Assembly (NCBI GenBank): GCA_963838745.1
Contig: CAWISJ010000004.1
Coordinates: forward strand, 56,571-120,570
Source of the DNA: an uncultured Actinomycetes bacterium
GTDB lineage: Bacteria > Actinomycetota > Thermoleophilia > Solirubrobacterales > 70-9
Length of the DNA: 64,000 nucleotides
Direction of reading: 5' to 3'
This document shows, in pieces, positions 55,880-64,000 of the stretch. A model generated the notes under the pieces. The model did not search any database. It saw nothing but the letters and a program-made list of their open reading frames with translations, and was not told the origin of the DNA. The translations under genes and the position numbers were made by a program. Position 1 is the stretch's first letter. Every line of letters starts with the position of its first letter.

Positions 55880-55916
55880 GGCCGAATTGCGATTCATATG
55901 GGATCGCAATTCGGCC
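55880..55916. repeat. Perfect 14-bp inverted repeat GGCCGAATTGCGAT-N9-ATCGCAATTCGGCC
   Basis: Read directly from the sequence. Lies in the intergenic region between acyP and comEA. Confidence 0.85.
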
Positions 55917-56015
55917 ATCGGCGCTTCTGGACGGTGCGCGCGATGACGAGGTTGCCAACTCGACCCGATCCCGCGCGCGATCCCTGGCGGTACGTGAACC
56001 ACGCGTGAGGCGCCC

Positions 56016-56660
56016 GTGCTCAGGATCGGCGCGATGCGCTCGCTCAGCCGCTCGCAGCTGGTCGTTTACGGCGCGGTGGCCGTTGTCCTGCTGCTGGTCG
56101 GGGCGCGGTGGATCCGGTCCACTGACCAGCCGGGCTCGGCCGCAGGAGAAGTGAGCTTCTCACCCACCTCCGACTCCGGGGGGTCGGGGGACTCGAGCGC
56201 CGGCTCCTTCGGGGTGGACGCGGTGGGCGGCGAGGACGTGGTCGTCGACGTCACCGGGGCGGTGAGCCAGCCGGGCGTCTACAGGCTGCCCGCAGGGTCG
56301 CGCGTCACCGACGCCGTCGAGCGCGCCGGGGGCCCCAGCTCGAGGGCGGAGCTGGAGGGAATCAATCTCGCGGCGCGGCTAGCGGACGGTCAGCAGGTCG
56401 TGGTGCCGGAGATCGTGCGAGGCGGTGCTGCCGGGGCCTCTGCCGTTGGCGGCGCCGGGGCCGACAGCGGCCCGATCAGTGCCGGCACGGCGAGCCTGGA
56501 GCAGCTCGACACGATCGAAGGGATCGGTCCGGTGACGGCCCAGAAGATCGTCGACTTTCGCGCTCAGCACGGCGGGATCTCGTCGATCGACCAGCTCGAC
56601 GAGATCGACGGCATCGGCCCGGCGACCATGGACGCCCTGCGCGCTCGCCTCCAGCCTTAG
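56016..56660 (+). CDS. comEA: ComEA-family DNA-binding protein (SLBB plus helix-hairpin-helix)
   Basis: INLA...LQQLPGIGP-like motifs: LEQLDTIEGIGPVTAQKIV and IDGIGPATMDAL. Confidence 0.85.
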   Translation: MLRIGAMRSLSRSQLVVYGAVAVVLLLVGARWIRSTDQPGSAAGEVSFSPTSDSGGSGDSSAGSFGVDAVGGEDVVVDVTGAVSQPGVYRLPAGSRVTDAVERAGGPSSRAELEGINLAARLADGQQVVVPEIVRGGAAGASAVGGAGADSGPISAGTASLEQLDTIEGIGPVTAQKIVDFRAQHGGISSIDQLDEIDGIGPATMDALRARLQP

Positions 56661-59036
56661 ATGAGTGATCGGAATGTGGCGCCGCGCTGGATGCACGGCG
56701 GCGCGATCGCCTGGCGCTTCGCCCTGCTCGGCGGCGCCACCGCCGGGCTGGCGCTGTCTCCGGTGGTCCCGCTGGATAGGGCGGTCCTTGCCGGGCCGAT
56801 GCTCGTGCTCGGAGCGGCCGCGGGGCTGGGCCTGGTGGTCGCCCGGCCGCGGCGACGCTCCGCGGGGCACGTGGTCTGGCTCGCCCTCCTGGCACTCTCC
56901 GCCGCGGCCACCGGGCTGGCCGTGGGCGCCCTGCGCCTGACGGCCATCGACCGCGGCGCCTTCCACGGACCGAGCGGTCGGCCGGCGAGCGCGACGGGCT
57001 ACGTGACCGCGGTCCCACGCCGCTCTCGGGGCGAGGTGCGAATTCGGATCCAGACCGCCGACGGCCGCCTTGCGATCGAAGCCCGGGAGCCGGTGCCCGA
57101 CCTCTTGATCGGGCGGCAGGTGAGGGCGAGCGGCACGCTTCGCGAGCCGGAGCCATGGGAAGCCGCGTACCTGGCGCGCTACGGCATCCGCCAGGTGCTG
57201 GCGGCCGACGCGGTGCGCCCTACCGGTGGGCGCCGTGACGGCCCCGCGGCGCTGATCGATCGCATCCGCGACCGCGCCGAGCTGGCCCTCGGGACCGGGA
57301 CCCCGCAGGCGCAAGCCGAGCTCCTGCGCGGCTTCGTGCTGGGCGAGGACGACCGGATCGACGCGGCCACGGTGGACGACTTCAAGCGCTCGGGCCTGGC
57401 CCACCTGCTCGCCGTCTCGGGTGAGAACGTGATGCTGCTTGCCCTGCTCGCGGTGCCGCTGCTGGCGCTGGCCGGGGTACCCCTGCGCGCCCGGCTTCTC
57501 TGCGTTCTGGGGCTGATCGCGATCTACGTCCCGGTCACCGGCGCCGGACCGTCGATCCAGCGCGCCGGCGTCATGGGCGCAGCCGGAGTGGTGGCAGCGC
57601 TCGCCGGAAGGCCGCGTTCGCGCTGCTACGCGGTCCTGCTGGCCGCCTGCGCAACCCTCGCGGTCAACCCCCGCGCGAGCGGCGATCCCGGCTGGCAGCT
57701 CAGCTTCGCGGCGGTGATCGGGATCCTGGCGTGGGCGGGGCCGATTCGCGACCTGCTTCTCGGGCGACACGCAGACCGCGACGAGCGAGGACGCGCCGCC
57801 TGGCGGCGCGTCCTCGCCGAGGGCGCCGCGGTGACGATCGCCGCGACGCTCTCGACGGCGCCGCTGATGGCGCACACCTTCGAGGCGGTCTCGATCGCAT
57901 CGGTGCCGGCCAACCTGCTCGTGCTTCCCGCGGTCGCGCCGCTGATGTGGCTGGGGATGCTGGCCGCGCTCGTCGGCCAGTTGCCCTGGTTTCCGGTTCA
58001 GCCTCTGACCGGTCTCGCTGGCCTGCTCGCCGCCTACGTCGCCCAGGTCGCGCACTGGCTCGGATCGCCGGGCTGGGCGCAAGCGAGCGTCTCGCTTCCC
58101 CGTGTGGAGGGGGTGCTGGCCGCGTACGCCCTGCTCGCCCTCGCTGTAAGGGTCCTGCTCGCCTGGGCGCGGCGGCGCCGCGGACTCGGCACGCCGGTGG
58201 GCCGCTTCAAGCCCCTGGTTGCGGCCGTCGCGCTGGGGGTCTGCATCCTGGCGCCGATCGGCCTGCGGTCCTCGGAGGGCATCCCCGCCGCACCGACGGC
58301 GGGACTTCGCGTGGTCATGCTCGATGTCGGACAGGGGGACGCGATCCTGCTGGACTCCAACCCGGGAGCACCCGTGCTGGTGGACGGCGGTCCGCCGGGA
58401 GATGACCTTCGTCGCCAGCTCGAAGACGAGGGAGTCTCGGGACTCGCGGCCGCAATCGTCACTCACGACCAGTCGGACCACGTCGGCGGGATCCACGAGC
58501 TGCTCGGCTCGCTCCCGATTCATCGCCTGCTGTACGCGGAGCGGGGGCGCGACTTCCTCGGGGCCGCCCGTGTCGCCGGCGTCCGGGCGATCCCGATCGC
58601 CGAGGGGTCCGAGATCGATTCGGGCGGCCTCCGACTCGAGGTACTGTGGCCGCCACGCGCGCTCCTCGAAGGCGCCGGGCGGAGCGACCCAAACCAGGCC
58701 GCGCTCGTGCTGCTTGCCCGATGGCGCGGCTTCCGGATGCTGCTCACCGCCGACGCGGAGGCGGAGGCGGTGGCGATCGACCCCGGGCGCATCGACGTGC
58801 TCAAGGTGGCGCACCACGGCTCAGACGACGCCGGCCTCGACTCGCTGCTCGACCGGACCGTCCCTCGATTGGCGCTGATCTCGGTGGGCGCAGAGAACTC
58901 GTACGGCCATCCGACCCCCGGGACCCTGGCCACCCTCGCCGAGCATCACGTCCCGACCCTTCGCACCGACGAGAGCGGCGACGTCACGATCGACGTGACA
59001 TCCGACGGATGGCGGGTGGCGACCGAGACACCGTGA
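56661..59036 (+). CDS. comEC: DNA internalization channel protein ComEC/Rec2 (with C-terminal MBL domain)
   Basis: 791 aa polytopic protein, SGLAHLLAVSGENV, C-terminal LDVGQGDA...HDQSDHVGG. Confidence 0.9.
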   Translation: MSDRNVAPRWMHGGAIAWRFALLGGATAGLALSPVVPLDRAVLAGPMLVLGAAAGLGLVVARPRRRSAGHVVWLALLALSAAATGLAVGALRLTAIDRGAFHGPSGRPASATGYVTAVPRRSRGEVRIRIQTADGRLAIEAREPVPDLLIGRQVRASGTLREPEPWEAAYLARYGIRQVLAADAVRPTGGRRDGPAALIDRIRDRAELALGTGTPQAQAELLRGFVLGEDDRIDAATVDDFKRSGLAHLLAVSGENVMLLALLAVPLLALAGVPLRARLLCVLGLIAIYVPVTGAGPSIQRAGVMGAAGVVAALAGRPRSRCYAVLLAACATLAVNPRASGDPGWQLSFAAVIGILAWAGPIRDLLLGRHADRDERGRAAWRRVLAEGAAVTIAATLSTAPLMAHTFEAVSIASVPANLLVLPAVAPLMWLGMLAALVGQLPWFPVQPLTGLAGLLAAYVAQVAHWLGSPGWAQASVSLPRVEGVLAAYALLALAVRVLLAWARRRRGLGTPVGRFKPLVAAVALGVCILAPIGLRSSEGIPAAPTAGLRVVMLDVGQGDAILLDSNPGAPVLVDGGPPGDDLRRQLEDEGVSGLAAAIVTHDQSDHVGGIHELLGSLPIHRLLYAERGRDFLGAARVAGVRAIPIAEGSEIDSGGLRLEVLWPPRALLEGAGRSDPNQAALVLLARWRGFRMLLTADAEAEAVAIDPGRIDVLKVAHHGSDDAGLDSLLDRTVPRLALISVGAENSYGHPTPGTLATLAEHHVPTLRTDESGDVTIDVTSDGWRVATETP

Positions 59037-59103
59037 CCACCAGCACAGTCCAGCCGCCCGCTCCGTTAGCCTGCTCGGCTCGTAGGCAACGGGAAGGAGA
59101 GCG

Positions 59104-59334
59104 ATGAACCGGCTGACTGCTGTCGCGGTGGCAATCGCCCTCGGGTTGGGAGCTGGGGCGGGGGTTGCTGCCTGCGGCGACGACGACAAGACCGACACGG
59201 TCCAGACACCGGCAGCGACGACCGGATCATCGACCGGCAGCACGACTGACACCACGACCACGGGCTCGACCACAACTACCAGCACCAGCACTACTTCCAC
59301 CGAGACCGACGACAGCGGCGGCTCGGGCTACTAA
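59104..59334 (+). CDS. Small Thr/Ser-rich putative lipoprotein
   Basis: Signal peptide with lipobox-like GVAAC. SD GGAAGGAGAG. The mature part is about 60% Thr/Ser/Gly/Asp. Confidence 0.6.
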   Translation: MNRLTAVAVAIALGLGAGAGVAACGDDDKTDTVQTPAATTGSSTGSTTDTTTTGSTTTTSTSTTSTETDDSGGSGY

Positions 59335-59395
59335 CACCACCGGGGGCGCTCAGGCCCCGTGGGAGGCTCCGGCCGGCCGAATACACTCGGCGGCC

Positions 59396-60427
59396 ATGTC
59401 GAGCGCCAGCAGCAGCTCCGGCGCCTCGGGTGCGATCAAGCCCGCCTACCTGATCGCCGGCACGGACGAGGGAAAGATCAGCGCGGCCCTGGCCCGGCTG
59501 CGCGCCCGCGCTGAGCGAGAAGGGGGTCCGGGCGCCCTGCAGAGCTTCACGCCGATGGCCGGCTCGGGTCCGCCCGAGGCTGAGGCACTGATCGCCGCGC
59601 TTCCCTCGATGTCGCTGATCGCGTCGCGACGCTATCTGCTCGCCGACGGGGTCGAGCGGTGGACCGCCAAGCAGGCGGAGGCCGTGATCGCCGAGCTCGG
59701 CGGCCTGCCTCCGGATGTCACGGTGGTGCTGGTCGCGTACGAGGCTTTGCCGAAGGCCAAGGCGCCCCGAGGCCTCGCGGAGGCGGTCGAGGCAGCGGGC
59801 GGCGAAGTGCTCCGCTATCAGGTCCCCAAGGCTCGGGAGCTCCCCGGCCGGTTGGTCGCCGAGGCGACCAAACGCGGCTTCCGGCTCGAGCCGGAAGCAG
59901 CCCGCCTGCTGGTTGAGCGCCTCGGAGACAGCACGATGCGGCTTGCGAACGAGCTCGACCGGCTGGCGGTTTGGGCCGAGGCCGAGGGTGAGGTGACGGT
60001 CGCCGACCTGGAGGCGATGGTGGCTGACACGTCCCAGGAGGCCGCCTGGGCCCTTTCCGACGCCATCGTGGCCCGGGACCCGGGCGGGGCCCTTCGCGCC
60101 GCAGAGCGTCTGGCGGCCCAGGGCGAGTCGGTCACCCCGCTCGTCTACCAGGCGGCCCGACGGCTTCGCGAAGCGCACGGCGCCCTTCTGGAGTTGGACG
60201 CCGGACGCTCGCAGAAGGAGGTCGAGGCAGGGCTGAGAATGCATCCCTACGCGGCGAAGATGCTGCTACGACGGTTACGGGGGACCTCGCCCGGAGAGCT
60301 TCGCGCCGCCACCTGCGCGATCGCCGACCTGGAGTGGTGGACTCGTGGCGGCTCGGAGTACCCGGACGACGTGGCGCTGGCGCTCGCGGTGCGGCGGGCG
60401 ACCGGCACCGGCGCCGGTGCCGGCTGA
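59396..60427 (+). CDS. holA: DNA polymerase III subunit delta
   Basis: YLIAGTDEGKI and position next to comEC and rpsT. Start set at ATG 59396. Confidence 0.85.
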   Translation: MSSASSSSGASGAIKPAYLIAGTDEGKISAALARLRARAEREGGPGALQSFTPMAGSGPPEAEALIAALPSMSLIASRRYLLADGVERWTAKQAEAVIAELGGLPPDVTVVLVAYEALPKAKAPRGLAEAVEAAGGEVLRYQVPKARELPGRLVAEATKRGFRLEPEAARLLVERLGDSTMRLANELDRLAVWAEAEGEVTVADLEAMVADTSQEAAWALSDAIVARDPGGALRAAERLAAQGESVTPLVYQAARRLREAHGALLELDAGRSQKEVEAGLRMHPYAAKMLLRRLRGTSPGELRAATCAIADLEWWTRGGSEYPDDVALALAVRRATGTGAGAG

Positions 60428-60459
60428 GACCGCCGCGCCGCAGCGGGCGACCGGCGGTC
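60428..60459. terminator. Possible bidirectional hairpin between convergent holA and rpsT
   Basis: GACCGCCG-N16-CGGCGGTC. No U-tract. Confidence 0.3.
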
Positions 60460-60469
60460 GGAGCCGACG

Positions 60470-60736
60470 CTACTCGCTCCCGCCGGCCAGCAGGCGCGAG
60501 GCGCGGCTCTTCTTTCGGGCGCCGTTGTTCGAGTGCAGGGCGCCCTTCTGGACCGCCTTGTCGATTTGCGAGACGAGCTTGCTGTGTTCGCCGGCGACCG
60601 CCTCGGAGTCTCCCGACTCCACGGCGCGCTCGAGGCGCCGAAAACGGGTCTTGACCGCGCTCTGCAGGCGACGGTTCTCGAGCCGCTCGCGGGCAGACCG
60701 GTTGATTCGCTTGCGCTGTGACGCGATATTGGCCAT
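60470..60736 (-). CDS. rpsT: 30S ribosomal protein S20
   Basis: MANIASQRKRINRSARERLENRRLQSAVKT. Only the last 88 codons of the 752-aa ORF are real. Confidence 0.95.
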   Translation of the reverse strand: MANIASQRKRINRSARERLENRRLQSAVKTRFRRLERAVESGDSEAVAGEHSKLVSQIDKAVQKGALHSNNGARKKSRASRLLAGGSE

Positions 60737-60769
60737 CGGGCGACGGCGGACTATAGACGGCCGCACAGC

Positions 60770-62515
60770 TTGGGCGCGCGCGCCGGCAACGAGCCCGACA
60801 GCCTGATGGAGGGCAGGGAGCCCGAGCCGCGCAGGGAGGACGAACGCGAGGCCCGCGAGCGGCTGTCTGGCGATCGGGGGCTGGACCCGGGTCCGGTGGA
60901 CGTGGTCGCCGCCGAGGACCCCGGCGCCGAGGCCCTGGCCGTCGCGGGCGAGTCCGCACAGTCGCGCGCCGGGCGGCTGGCCCGCTCGACCGCCTTCTTC
61001 TCGCTCGCCACCAGCCTCTCGCGGATTGCCGGCTTGGTGCGAGAGATCGTCGCCGCCTCGTACTTCGGGGTCACCGGTGCGATGTCCGCGTTCACGATTG
61101 CCTTCCAGGTCCCCAACCTGGTCCGCAGCCTGTTCGCCGACGCCGCCATCCAGGCGGCCTTCGTCCCCGTGTTCACCGAGCAGCTCGAGCGCGGCAACAA
61201 GCGCGAGGCGTTCCGTCTGGCCTCGACCCTGATCTTCCTGGTCACCCTGGTCCTCGGAGCGCTGACCGCCCTGTTCATCCTGATCGCACCGGTGCTGGTG
61301 CCGCTGTTCGTGGGCGCCAAGGTCCCGCAGGGCCTCACGGTCACCCTCTCCCAGCTCCTGTTCCCGATCCTGGTGATGCTCGGCGCCACCGGGATGGTGG
61401 TGGGAGTCCTCAACAGCTACGACCGCTTCGGCGCCTTCGCGATCTCGCCCTTCTTCTGGAACGTGGCGATCGTCGCCGTGCTCGTCGCGCTGGAGCCGGC
61501 CTTTTCCGGCGACGACCGGATCTACGCCTACGCGATCGGGATCCTGGTCGGCACCGCAATCCAGCTCGCGATCCCCGCATGGGACCTGCGCAACACCCCG
61601 TTTCGGCTGCTGCGAGTCTTCGATTGGCGCAGCCCCGAGGTGCGCCGGGTCCTGCTGCTGATGCTGCCGGTGACGCTCAGCCTCGGATTGATCAACTTCA
61701 ACCTTCTGATCAACAGCATCTTCGGCTCGCTGGTCTCCACGGAGGGGCCGGCGGCGATCGACAAGGCCTTCCGGATCTACATGCTTCCCCAGGGGATCTT
61801 CTCGGTCGCGGTGACCACCGTGCTGTTCCCCACCATGGCGCGGCTTGCGGCCCGGCGCGAGTACGACGACCTGCGCGCCACGATGGCCACAGGCATGCGC
61901 CAGATCACACTGCTCTTGATCCCGGCCGCGGCGGCCATCCTGGTCCTTTCCGAGCCGATGGTTCGCCTGGTGTATCAGCGGGGGGCGTTCCATGCCGGTG
62001 ACACGGACGTGGTGGCGACGGCGCTGTTCTGGTTCGCCTTCTCGCTGCCCTTCAACGGCCTTTTCTTGCTGCTTACGCGAACCTTCTTCAGCCTCCAGCG
62101 CCCCTGGGTGCCGACCGCGATCTCGGGCATCAACCTGGCGATTACGGCGATCGCGGCGCTGGCCCTGTATGAGCCGTTCGGCATCGGCGGGATCGTCGCC
62201 GCCACCGTGATCGCGACCGCGGCCAGCGTGCTCGCGCAGACGATCGTGTTGCGTCGCCAGCTCGGCCGGCTCGAGCTCGGCCGCTTGTTGTGGACCACGA
62301 TCCGGGTGAGTCTGGCCGCTGCGGCACTGGCCGCGGCGAGCTACGGCATCTGGGACCTTCTCGATGCGGCCCTTGGGCGCGGTGTCGGAGCTCAGGTGAT
62401 CTCGCTCACCGCCGGCCTCGGCGTGGGCCTGGCCGTCTACGCAGCGGCGATCACCCTGCTCCGGATCCCGGAGGTGGAGCAGATTCGGCGGCTGTTGCGG
62501 CGTGGGGATGCCTAG
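60770..62515 (+). CDS. murJ: Lipid II flippase MurJ (MviN)
   Basis: SRIAGLVREIVAASYFG...AFTIAFQVPNLVRSLF. The start is uncertain because the N-terminus is acidic and disordered. Confidence 0.85.
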   Translation: MGARAGNEPDSLMEGREPEPRREDEREARERLSGDRGLDPGPVDVVAAEDPGAEALAVAGESAQSRAGRLARSTAFFSLATSLSRIAGLVREIVAASYFGVTGAMSAFTIAFQVPNLVRSLFADAAIQAAFVPVFTEQLERGNKREAFRLASTLIFLVTLVLGALTALFILIAPVLVPLFVGAKVPQGLTVTLSQLLFPILVMLGATGMVVGVLNSYDRFGAFAISPFFWNVAIVAVLVALEPAFSGDDRIYAYAIGILVGTAIQLAIPAWDLRNTPFRLLRVFDWRSPEVRRVLLLMLPVTLSLGLINFNLLINSIFGSLVSTEGPAAIDKAFRIYMLPQGIFSVAVTTVLFPTMARLAARREYDDLRATMATGMRQITLLLIPAAAAILVLSEPMVRLVYQRGAFHAGDTDVVATALFWFAFSLPFNGLFLLLTRTFFSLQRPWVPTAISGINLAITAIAALALYEPFGIGGIVAATVIATAASVLAQTIVLRRQLGRLELGRLLWTTIRVSLAAAALAAASYGIWDLLDAALGRGVGAQVISLTAGLGVGLAVYAAAITLLRIPEVEQIRRLLRRGDA

Positions 62516-62567
62516 CCCTGCCTGCGCCCATGGCTGAAGCCCGGCGCTCGCCATACTTGCCTTCGCC

Positions 62568-64000
<1,433 letters not shown>

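Noticed and set aside
56379-58817. 812-aa minus-strand ORF
   Set aside because: Antisense shadow of comEC, with Arg/Gly/Pro-rich, non-protein-like composition.

Overview
Very GC-rich bacterial chromosome segment (codon position 3 is almost always G/C) with gene order typical of Actinomycetota. I could not run any searches, so all product calls rest on motifs read from the supplied translations.

The right two thirds (about 23.2-64 kb) are a conserved housekeeping block: tig-clpP-[2 opposite-strand paralogs]-clpX-valS-folC-[small TM ORF]-[Zn-ribbon membrane protein]-ndk-maf-mreBCD-mrdA-rodA-rne-rplU-rpmA-obg-[PLP decarboxylase]-proB-[thioesterase]-proA-nadD-rsfS-[DivIVA-like]-[hydrolase]-tRNA-Ala-[MBL]-leuS-[cupin]-acyP-comEA-comEC-[lipoprotein]-holA-rpsT-murJ-lepA (partial).

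The left third (1-22.2 kb) looks accessory. It holds small regulators (HxlR, 2x ArsR-like, ECF sigma), oxidoreductases, an ABC-2 exporter, an MFS pump, DNA-repair genes (LigD-type polymerase, XthA, Ogt, an alkyltransferase-like protein), an HD-GYP protein, LemA and CorA.

I saw no rRNA, CRISPR array, transposase or integrase.

Most notable observations:
1. A membrane-anchored proline-rich gene carries 28 near-perfect 21-bp tandem units and is split over three reading frames.
2. Five single-base frame breaks are confined to the accessory third.
3. A roughly 40-nt palindromic element occurs twice, with compensatory stem changes.
4. Two paralogous secreted-protein genes split clpP from clpX.
5. 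Three conserved genes (folC, rne, nadD) have conserved N-termini that lie upstream of any ATG/GTG/TTG.
6. An ECF sigma factor is translationally coupled to ogt, close to an alkyltransferase-like gene with Cys replaced by Trp.
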